Assembly (NCBI GenBank): GCA_031548165.1
Contig: JAVBRI010000008.1
Span: 41,084-65,083, forward strand
Direction: 5' to 3'
Source of the DNA: Lachnospiraceae bacterium
GTDB taxonomy: Bacteria > Bacillota > Clostridia > Lachnospirales > Lachnospiraceae
Length of the DNA: 24,000 nt
Made by a program: the position numbers and the translations under genes. This document shows, in pieces, positions 9,206-16,510 of the stretch; position 1 is the stretch's first letter; every line of letters starts with the position of its first letter. The notes below the pieces were generated by a model, which saw only the letters and a program-made list of their open reading frames with translations, did no database searches and had not been told where the DNA came from.

Positions 9206-12200
9206 GTGAAAAAGAAGAAAATCAAAATAATATGTGCAGCAGTTGTATTGCTAGGAATTGTAACAGGAGTGATAATTATGAGTAAAGAAAAGAAAGATAT
9301 TGATGATGGAGTATTAGATGAGACAACGAAGATTACTAATCTTACAGTAGGCTATATGGAAAATCCTTTAGGAATATCATCAGATGGAGTTTCATTTTCA
9401 TGGAAAATGGCATCAAAATTAGTTGGACAATCTCAGAAAGCATATGAGATAAGTGTGACAAAAGAAGATGGTACACAAGTATGGAATAGTGGGAAAGTAA
9501 ACACAGATAAATCAGTAGGGATAGGATATGCTGGAAATGAACTTGAAGCATCCACAAGATATAATTGGGAAGTAAAGGTTTGGGCAACTAAAGGTGGATA
9601 TTGTACTTCAGAAAAAATGTTTTTTGAAACAGGCATTACAGGAGAGGAAGTATGGGAAGAAACACCATTTATCTCACTAAGTTCAGCTACTGATATAGCA
9701 CCAATATTTAGAACTGAGCAGGCAATGCAGGGTGATAAGAAAGTAAAACAAGCAAGGCTTTATATTACATCTATTGGTGTATACAAGGCTTATGTTAATG
9801 GCGAAACAGTAGGTAAAGAGGATTATATGACACCTGGTTATGGAGATGGTTCACGTTCTATTGCATACCAGACTTATGATGTAACAGATATGTTGACAAA
9901 TCAAACAGATATTGCAATTACTGTAGTGGTTGGAACTGGATGGAGTAATAGTCAGGGTAGTGATGTGGCTGGCGGTACTACAAATAAGGTAGCAGTAAAG
10001 GCACTTATGATAGTTGAATATGAAGATGGAAGTGTACAAAATATTACCACAGATACCCAAAATTGGTGGGCTACACTTAGTGGACCAGTAACAGCAAGTG
10101 GTATATTTTATGGGGAAGATTACGATGCAGGAAGAGAAATTTTGTTAGGAGATTACAAGCAAGTCGGTTATACATATAATGAACTTTGGATAAATAGCAA
10201 AGAAAAAACTGGCGGCAGTCAAGTGTATATGATATCAAATGAATTTGATTTAGTGAAAACAAAACACTTAAGAATATCAGTTAAACAGACAGGCCCAGCT
10301 ACTGCAGACGATAGAGAAAATAGACTGCAAATCATGGAATTAATAGGATATAATGATGCAGGAGAAAATGTATTAAGTGAAAAAAAGGCAAGGATTAGTA
10401 ACAATAATGAGCTTGCAAATTATGGCTGGTCTGCTAATCATTTGACAGATGGAGATACAGGGGAGGTAAGTGGAAAAGGCTATACATCTGAAATACTTGG
10501 AACAGATGGAAAAGAAGAGTTTGATTTAGATAAACCAATTACTATAGATTTTGCATTTGAAAAAGAAACCTCATTAAAAGAACTTGTATTTTACGGAAGA
10601 ACAGGAAAAACATCTGTTGTATCGGGAGTGTGTCCGAATTATCCTAAAATATATTCTATTCAAATATCAGATGATGGAAATAACTGGACTGATATTGTAA
10701 GTGATTATGAAGTTGGATTATTAGAAAATGGAAACGATGATATAAGCAGTATGTATCTTACTACTATTAATTATGTGGGTAAAATAAAAGAAGATCCAGC
10801 TTCAACAGGAAAAATAATAGATGGGTTTTCAAAAGATGCAGTTAATGTTGTGACATATTCTGGATATAAAGAAAATTCTGAATATGTAGGTGGAGAGATA
10901 GAAGTAGATAATGAATATAGCGGACGGGATATATTTAGAGATGGTATAGCATTAAAAAGTGGTCAAACAATGATTATAAACATGGGTCAAAATATGACAG
11001 CAATTCCATATATAAAGATATCAGGAGCAAAGGGAGAAAGCGTAACAATAAGATTTGGTGAAATGCTAAATGATGGAAGTAGTGTAACGAAAGAATTTGT
11101 AAGTGGTTCACATAATGCCAGTGGTCCAAAAGGAACATTATATACTCATAGCTTGAGAACAGCTAGGTCATCAGTTTGTTATACATTTGGTTCTGATGAT
11201 ATAGAAGAGTATCAGACAACAATGTCATTTTTTGGATATCAATATATAGAGATTACAGCTACAACAGATATTGTTATCTATGACATTTGCTCTAAGGCGG
11301 TATCATCACTTACGCAGCAATCAGGCTATATAGAAACTAATAATAGTGATGTAAATAAATTATTTAGTAATGTGCTATATGGTCAGCTTAGTAATTATTT
11401 TACTATGATCACAGATTGCCCACAAAGAGATGAGAGAAAAGGCTGGACAGGAGATGCGCAAGTTTTTGCCCAGACTGGACTTTATAATTTCAATGCACTT
11501 GCATTTCAAAATAGTTATCAGAATAAGTTATCAGCATCAACAAAGTCAAAGGGTTATGCATCAGCAGTTTTATCAGGATGGGATTTCTTTAGTAATTGGG
11601 CATCAGGTTGGAGTGATGTAGAGATAATAAATGTCTGGACGATGTATAAGCAAACAGGTGATATATCTATAGTAAAAACCAATTGGGAAGCCATGAATAC
11701 GTATATGGAATATCTAAAAAAACATGAGAGAAAAGACTACATGGCTCCAAGGCAAGATACAACAGGATATGGAGATTGGTTAGCATTCCAAGGAACAGGA
11801 TATGAAGTAATTGCAGATTATTATTATGGTTATGTAAATATGTTGATGGGCAAAATGGCAGAAATAGTAGATGATGGAGATAAAGAGACATATTATAATG
11901 ATTATTTTGAAAAACTAAAGGAGACATTTTTAGATACTCATGTGGTATATAATGGGGATAAAAATTTGCTCATTAAGTCAGGAACAGGTTCATCAGTAAT
12001 GCAAAATAAAGGTGGAGTGAAAGAAGATAACTCCCAGACAGCATTATTATGGATGTTAAAGCTTGGATATTATACAGATGATAATATGAGAGATGAAGCG
12101 ATTAGGCTTCTTGTAGAAAACATTAAAAATGTAAATCCATCAGAAACTAGTATTCGTTCAAAGTATGGTGAGAATAGTCTTTCAGTAGGATTTCTAGGAG

Positions 12201-12820
12201 TAAATGTTATTGCTCCAGTGTTATCAGATAATGGATATAGTGATGTGGCATATGATTTGTTATTAAATACGCAGTGTCCATCTTGGCTTTTTGAAGTAAA
12301 GCAAGGTGCTACAACAATATGGGAAAGATGGGATTCTTATAGTGTAGAAGATGGATTCGGTGATTGTGAGATGAATTCATTTAATCATTTTTCTTATGGT
12401 GCGGTGGTGGAATGGATGTATAAATATATGGCAGGTATATGTGCAGATGAAGCAGATGCAGGATTTAAGCATATAATATTGCAGCCAACCATAGATAAGG
12501 GAATAAAGTATAATGATGAAGATAGAATTAGTAATGTAAAGGCATCTTATGAATCTTATTATGGAACGATTGTTTCAAACTGGATAGCAGAGAATGGAAA
12601 AATAAAATCATATCATGTTGAAATTCCTGCAAATACAACAGCTACAGTTTATCTTCCTGTTGAGGAAATGGAAATTCAGAATGTGGATTCTGTAGAATAT
12701 ATAGGTATCACAGAACATAATGGTGAGAGGGTTGCTGAGTTTAGTATTGTATCAGGTGGATATGATTTTGTAGTAGAAGATGGTAAGATGGTTGTAAAAG
12801 TAACAGAAGGTTATTATTAA
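9206..12820 (+). CDS. Membrane-anchored GH78-type alpha-L-rhamnosidase with Ig-like N-terminal and F5/8-type-C-like insert
   Basis: GTG start at 9206 with AGGAGG (9193-9198). N-terminal TM segment. PLGISSDGVSFSWKM..AYEISVTKEDGTQVWNSGKV; catalytic-region motif MITDCPQRDERKGWTGDAQVFAQTGLYNFNALAF; WERWDSYSVEDGFGDCEMNSFNHFSYGAVVEWMYKYMAGI. Confidence 0.92.
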   Translation: MKKKKIKIICAAVVLLGIVTGVIIMSKEKKDIDDGVLDETTKITNLTVGYMENPLGISSDGVSFSWKMASKLVGQSQKAYEISVTKEDGTQVWNSGKVNTDKSVGIGYAGNELEASTRYNWEVKVWATKGGYCTSEKMFFETGITGEEVWEETPFISLSSATDIAPIFRTEQAMQGDKKVKQARLYITSIGVYKAYVNGETVGKEDYMTPGYGDGSRSIAYQTYDVTDMLTNQTDIAITVVVGTGWSNSQGSDVAGGTTNKVAVKALMIVEYEDGSVQNITTDTQNWWATLSGPVTASGIFYGEDYDAGREILLGDYKQVGYTYNELWINSKEKTGGSQVYMISNEFDLVKTKHLRISVKQTGPATADDRENRLQIMELIGYNDAGENVLSEKKARISNNNELANYGWSANHLTDGDTGEVSGKGYTSEILGTDGKEEFDLDKPITIDFAFEKETSLKELVFYGRTGKTSVVSGVCPNYPKIYSIQISDDGNNWTDIVSDYEVGLLENGNDDISSMYLTTINYVGKIKEDPASTGKIIDGFSKDAVNVVTYSGYKENSEYVGGEIEVDNEYSGRDIFRDGIALKSGQTMIINMGQNMTAIPYIKISGAKGESVTIRFGEMLNDGSSVTKEFVSGSHNASGPKGTLYTHSLRTARSSVCYTFGSDDIEEYQTTMSFFGYQYIEITATTDIVIYDICSKAVSSLTQQSGYIETNNSDVNKLFSNVLYGQLSNYFTMITDCPQRDERKGWTGDAQVFAQTGLYNFNALAFQNSYQNKLSASTKSKGYASAVLSGWDFFSNWASGWSDVEIINVWTMYKQTGDISIVKTNWEAMNTYMEYLKKHERKDYMAPRQDTTGYGDWLAFQGTGYEVIADYYYGYVNMLMGKMAEIVDDGDKETYYNDYFEKLKETFLDTHVVYNGDKNLLIKSGTGSSVMQNKGGVKEDNSQTALLWMLKLGYYTDDNMRDEAIRLLVENIKNVNPSETSIRSKYGENSLSVGFLGVNVIAPVLSDNGYSDVAYDLLLNTQCPSWLFEVKQGATTIWERWDSYSVEDGFGDCEMNSFNHFSYGAVVEWMYKYMAGICADEADAGFKHIILQPTIDKGIKYNDEDRISNVKASYESYYGTIVSNWIAENGKIKSYHVEIPANTTATVYLPVEEMEIQNVDSVEYIGITEHNGERVAEFSIVSGGYDFVVEDGKMVVKVTEGYY

Positions 12821-12909
12821 ATTTAAGAATATCAAAATTTGTTGACCATTAATAAATATAAAGTTATAATTATAGAGTTATAGAAACGAATGGAGATAGA
12901 GGTTAAATT

Positions 12910-13452
12910 ATGATTGACGAAATACTAAAATACAATAAAGAATTTGTTGAAAGCAAAGGTTATGAGAAATATATTACAAGTAAATATCCAGATAAAAAAA
13001 TTGCTATAGTAACTTGTATGGATACAAGATTAACAAAATTATTACCAGCAGCACTAGGTCTTAAAAATGGTGATGTTAAAATTATAAAAAATGCAGGTGG
13101 AATTATTTCACATCCGTTTGGAAGTGCGATGCGAAGTTTGCTTATAGGAATTTATGAATTAGATGTTCAAGAGATTTTAGTAATTGGTCATACTGATTGT
13201 GGAGCTAAGTACACAGATAGTGAAAAAATGATTGGAAAAATGAAGGCTAGTGGAATAAAACAACAGAACATAGATATGATAAAATATGTTGGTATTGATT
13301 TTAATTCATGGTTATCAGGATTTAAAGATTTAGATGTTTCTATAAAAAAGAGTGTAAATCTTATACGTAAACATCCATTAGTTCCTGCTGAAGTAATGAT
13401 AAGTGGATTAATTATAGATTCTTTAACAGGAGAATTAAAAAAAGTAGATTAG
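12910..13452 (+). CDS. Beta-class carbonic anhydrase
   Basis: VTCMDTRLTKLLPAALGLKNGDVKIIKNAGG...SLLIGIYELDVQEILVIGHTDCGAKY: zinc ligands C, D/R dyad and HxxC arrangement of beta-CA. Confidence 0.93.
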   Translation: MIDEILKYNKEFVESKGYEKYITSKYPDKKIAIVTCMDTRLTKLLPAALGLKNGDVKIIKNAGGIISHPFGSAMRSLLIGIYELDVQEILVIGHTDCGAKYTDSEKMIGKMKASGIKQQNIDMIKYVGIDFNSWLSGFKDLDVSIKKSVNLIRKHPLVPAEVMISGLIIDSLTGELKKVD

Positions 13453-13459
13453 TTAGTAT

Positions 13460-13508
13460 AAAAAGTGTCTTAAACCGTATTAAAATGGTGTTTAAGACAC
13501 TTTTTTTG
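13460..13508 (+). terminator. Rho-independent terminator
   Basis: Perfect stem AAAGTGTCTTAAAC (13462-13475) / GTTTAAGACACTTT (13490-13503) followed by a T-tract. Confidence 0.92.
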
Positions 13509-13672
13509 TAGTAGAAAATAGTTAAGTTGATTAAGAGTAAGAATAACTAAAGTGGTTATAATATAACAAAATCAAGTATAAATGTCCACATGATGATAAA
13601 ATATAACATAAATATAAAGGGCGGATGTAGGGGTTAAAAATTATTTTTCAATACTCACAAGAGGTGAAGGCA

Positions 13673-13945
13673 ATGGTTAAAATTCATTTATCAAGACTTC
13701 TAGGTGAAAGACGGTGGACACAATCAGATTTGTCAAAAGTAACAGGGATTAGACCTTCAACAATCAATGAATGGTATCATGAGATTATACAACGTTTAAA
13801 TGTGGATCATATAGACAAAATATGTGAAGCACTTAATTGTTCAGTAACAGACTTAATTGAATACATTCCCGATGAGAAGAAAAAGACTGGAAAAAACTTA
13901 ATTCTTGAAGAACATGGAAATCGAAAATCGCATAGAAGCAAATAA
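13673..13945 (+). CDS. XRE-family HTH protein
   Basis: MVKIHLSRLLGERRWTQSDLSKVTGIRPSTINEWYHEIIQRLNVDHIDKICEALNCSVTDLIEYIP. The ATG at 13673 after GAGGTGAAGG is preferred to the GTG at 13664 in the track. Confidence 0.85.
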   Translation: MVKIHLSRLLGERRWTQSDLSKVTGIRPSTINEWYHEIIQRLNVDHIDKICEALNCSVTDLIEYIPDEKKKTGKNLILEEHGNRKSHRSK

Positions 13946-14050
13946 TAAAAATGAAAGTTTAAAGCAATATATTTGTTTTAAACTTTTTTTAGAATGTTCT
14001 TTGGATAATGTTCATAATAACAGAAAAAGGATAGTATTCAATTTAATATA

Positions 14051-14114
14051 TTGACAAAAATCAATATAAAGTATATAATACCTCATATCGAAAATAATCA
14101 ATATGAGGTATTAT
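14051..14114 (+). promoter_or_regulatory. Sigma-A promoter with overlapping perfect inverted repeat (putative ArsR operator) driving the arsR-hgcAB operon
   Basis: TTGACA (14051-14056), 17-nt spacer, TATAAT (14074-14079). Perfect 14-bp arms ATAATACCTCATAT (14075-14088) / ATATGAGGTATTAT (14101-14114), spacer 12 nt. Confidence 0.82.
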
Positions 14115-14115
14115 T

Positions 14116-14451
14116 ATGCAAGATGAATACAAAGAACAAGCAAAAGTATTTAAAGCCTGTTGTGATGAAACAAGAATTATGGTTTTATCACTTTTGCAAA
14201 GTGGTGAGAAGTGTGCCTGTGTACTTCTTGAAAAAGTGAATGTAGGTCAGCCAACACTTTCACATCATATGAAGATTCTTGTTGATAGTGGTGTTGTTTC
14301 AGCGCGTAAACAAGGTAAGTGGACGTATTATTCAATTGATGAAAGTGGAAGTGAGAAAGCAAAAGAATTACTTAATTTATTAACTACCGTAAAAAAAGAT
14401 TCGGCTAGTTCCGAACTTTGTGAAAGTGAGGAGGGGTGTTGTAATGAGTAA
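14116..14451 (+). CDS. arsR: ArsR/SmtB-family metalloregulator
   Basis: 111 aa: QAKVFKACCDETRIMVLSLLQSGEKCACVLLEKVNVGQPTLSHHMKILVDSGVVSARKQGKWTYYSI. CxC in alpha3 (EKCACVLL) resembles the As/Sb-sensing ELCVCDL site. Extra C-terminal cysteines (CESEEGCC). Confidence 0.93.
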   Translation: MQDEYKEQAKVFKACCDETRIMVLSLLQSGEKCACVLLEKVNVGQPTLSHHMKILVDSGVVSARKQGKWTYYSIDESGSEKAKELLNLLTTVKKDSASSELCESEEGCCNE

Positions 14452-15520
14452 AAAATGCTGTTGTTGCTGTTCTTCGTCAGAAGAGCCTATTACAAAATAC
14501 GATCTTGCTGAACATTGGATAAAGGGAGAGATTGAAACAGCTAAAGGAAAAGTTCCTGTTATATCTACAAAGCTTACATTTAAAGATAAATTAGGTGCAT
14601 TTAAGGTGCGTTTTAATATAGGTCGAATGAATTATCAAATAAATCCTGGTCTTTATGCAATTGGAAGCCCAGACAGTAATTCACCAGTATTAGTTAGTGC
14701 AAACTATAAATTAACATTTGACATTGTACGAAAAGAACTAGATGGTCTTAACTGTTGGCTAATGATATTAGATACAAAAGGGATTAATGTTTGGTGTGCA
14801 GCAGGAAAAGGTACGTTTGGAACAGATGAAATTATAAATAGAATTAATAAAACTAAGCTATCAGAAATAGTATCACATAAAAGGCTGATATTGCCACAAC
14901 TGGGAGCACCGGGTGTGAGCGCACATGAAATTATAAGACAAACTGGTTTTTCAGTTACATACGGTCCGGTTCGTGCCAGTGATATTAAAGAGTTTTTAAG
15001 AGCCGAATGTAAGGCAACTGATGAAATGAGAGAAGTTAAATTTACTATGAGAGATAGAATGGTGCTGACTCCAGTTGAATTTATTGCAGCAGCAAAAGTA
15101 GCATTATTTGTTTTAGGAATTGTGTTTATCTTAAATCTGTTTGTAGTAAGAACATTCGGAGCAGCTGATTTACTTGCATTTATTGCCGCAATGGTCACTG
15201 GAACTATTATAACACCAATTTTGTTACCGTTTATTCCTGGTAAGGCATTTGCTTTTAAAGGCTGGTTACTTGGTTTGATTATGACTACGTGTATTGTGTG
15301 GTTGAATGGTTGGTTTACAGTAAACTCGGTATTGCTTGTAATTGGTTATTTGCTTGCATTACCGTCTTACTCTGCATTTTTAGCAATGAATTTTACGGGT
15401 TCATCAACTTATACATCTTTTTCAGGTGTGTTAAAAGAAATGAAACTATCAATACCACCGATAATTATTTCAATAACTGTCGGATGTATAATACTCTTAG
15501 TAAAGGCTTTAATTGGATAG
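14444..15520 (+). CDS. hgcA: HgcA-like corrinoid membrane protein (mercury methyltransferase family, CdhD-like corrinoid domain)
   Basis: Start ATG 14444 overlaps the arsR stop (ATGAGTAA). Cap-helix motif NVWCAAGK at 14786-14809 (Cys118 counted from MSKK); GTFGTDEIINRI; LILPQLGAPGVSAHEI; YGPVRASDI; C-terminal set of about 5 TM helices ending LAMNFTGSSTYTSFSGVLKEM. Followed directly by an hgcB-type ferredoxin. Confidence 0.93.
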   Translation: MSKKCCCCCSSSEEPITKYDLAEHWIKGEIETAKGKVPVISTKLTFKDKLGAFKVRFNIGRMNYQINPGLYAIGSPDSNSPVLVSANYKLTFDIVRKELDGLNCWLMILDTKGINVWCAAGKGTFGTDEIINRINKTKLSEIVSHKRLILPQLGAPGVSAHEIIRQTGFSVTYGPVRASDIKEFLRAECKATDEMREVKFTMRDRMVLTPVEFIAAAKVALFVLGIVFILNLFVVRTFGAADLLAFIAAMVTGTIITPILLPFIPGKAFAFKGWLLGLIMTTCIVWLNGWFTVNSVLLVIGYLLALPSYSAFLAMNFTGSSTYTSFSGVLKEMKLSIPPIIISITVGCIILLVKALIG

Positions 15521-15534
15521 TATTGGAGGTTTAA

Positions 15535-15828
15535 ATGAAACATAAATATTTAAAAGAGGTTGCTACACTTGAATTATTAACTGATAAATGTATTGGATGT
15601 GGCAGATGTAAAGAAGTTTGTCCACATGCTGTTTTAACAGTTGAAAAAAACAAAGCACAGATAATTGATAAAAATGCTTGTATGGAATGTGGTGCATGTA
15701 TGAAAAACTGCCCTACACAGGCTATTAGTGTTAATGCAGGGGTTGGCTGTGTATCAGCTGTAATTCGTGGTTGGCTTACAAATAGTGAACCAAGCTGCGA
15801 TTGTTCTGGTGGTAGTGATTGTTGTTAG
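15535..15828 (+). CDS. hgcB: HgcB-like 2x[4Fe-4S] ferredoxin
   Basis: 97 aa; CIGCGRCKEVCP and CMECGACMKNCP (CMECGAC at 15679-15699), NAGVGCVSAVIRGWL, C-terminal ...CDCSGGSDCC. Adjacent to hgcA with an RBS (GGAGG). Confidence 0.93.
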   Translation: MKHKYLKEVATLELLTDKCIGCGRCKEVCPHAVLTVEKNKAQIIDKNACMECGACMKNCPTQAISVNAGVGCVSAVIRGWLTNSEPSCDCSGGSDCC

Positions 15829-15847
15829 TAGGAAGGAAGAAATATAA

Positions 15848-16282
15848 ATGGAAAACAAAATAGATAAAGTAATGGAGCGATTTGGTACATATGATTGTTC
15901 ACAGGCTATTTTAGCCGCATGGTGTGAGGATTACGGTTTGGATATAGAAACTGCACTAAAATTATCTTGTGGTTTAGCGGCTGGGATGGCGAGATTAGGA
16001 CATACTTGTGGAGCTGTTACAGGAGCATATCTTGTACTTGGCTTGATACATGGAAAGAGCAAACCTGAGGATAATGAATCAAAGGAAAAAACTTTTGAAT
16101 TAATACAAGAGTTTGATAGACAATTTACACAAAAGCATGGTTCCACGAATTGCCATGAACTTTTAGGTGTTGATTTAAGATATGGAGACAAATCAGCAGC
16201 AAAGGAACAAGTAGTAAAAAAATGTTCTGGCTATGTTCATGATGCGGCAGTGATTTTAGAATCTATATTGCGAGGTAAATAG
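15848..16282 (+). CDS. C_GCAxxG_C_C family redox-type protein
   Basis: FGTYDCSQAILAAWCEDYGLDIETALKLSCGLAAGMARLGHTCGAVTGAYLVLGLIHG...STNCHELLG...KKCSGYVHDAA matches the spacing pattern of this family (C-GCAxxG-C-C). RBS AGGAAG. Confidence 0.85.
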   Translation: MENKIDKVMERFGTYDCSQAILAAWCEDYGLDIETALKLSCGLAAGMARLGHTCGAVTGAYLVLGLIHGKSKPEDNESKEKTFELIQEFDRQFTQKHGSTNCHELLGVDLRYGDKSAAKEQVVKKCSGYVHDAAVILESILRGK

Positions 16283-16286
16283 TATG

Positions 16287-16475
16287 ATGAATTGTACTAA
16301 TGTTAAAGAATGTGCTTGTCCTAAAGAATCATGTGTTAATCATGGAAAGTGTTGTGAATGTGTAATAAAGCATAAAAAGACAGATAGTTTACCATTTTGC
16401 TTATTTCCACAAAATGATGGAGATAAGTCAGTTAAGCATTATTATGAGAAATTAAAAGAACGATTTGAAAAATAG
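16287..16475 (+). CDS. Small cysteine-rich protein (DUF6485-like)
   Basis: MNCTNVKECACPKESCVNHGKCCECVIKHKKTDSLPFCLFPQ...; 8 cysteines in 62 aa. Starts 1-4 nt after the preceding stop. Confidence 0.78.
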   Translation: MNCTNVKECACPKESCVNHGKCCECVIKHKKTDSLPFCLFPQNDGDKSVKHYYEKLKERFEK

Positions 16476-16478
16476 AAA

Positions 16479-16507
16479 AAAAGGCTGATCAATTTGAGCA
16501 GCCTTTT
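16479..16507. terminator. Bidirectional terminator closing the hgcAB operon and the convergent 16511-17509 gene
   Basis: 9-bp stem AAAAGGCTG (16479-16487) / CAGCCTTTT (16499-16507), flanked by an A-run upstream and T-rich sequence downstream. Confidence 0.8.
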
Positions 16508-16510
16508 AAT

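Noticed and set aside
9342-10404. Multiple minus-strand ORFs within the rhamnosidase gene (and 11430-11927)
   Set aside because: Low-complexity antisense reading frames of a well-supported GH78 CDS.
14420-14443. Upstream GTG start for HgcA giving MKVRRGVVMSKK
   Set aside because: The extension contains the GAGGAGG Shine-Dalgarno itself. ATG at 14444 is correctly spaced from it.
14444-14473. Possible frameshift or sequencing artefact behind the CCCCC run in HgcA
   Set aside because: The cysteines are encoded by tgc tgt tgt tgc tgt, not a homopolymer, and the frame continues cleanly into the conserved domain.
14704-15198. - strand 164 aa ORF opposite hgcA
   Set aside because: Antisense to a strongly conserved HgcA coding region. 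Composition is typical of a shadow ORF.
14444-15520. Alternative call: Wood-Ljungdahl CFeSP subunit (CdhD/AcsD)
   Set aside because: There is a C-terminal multi-TM domain, NVWCAAGK is followed by HgcA-type motifs, and the next gene is HgcB rather than acs/cdh genes.
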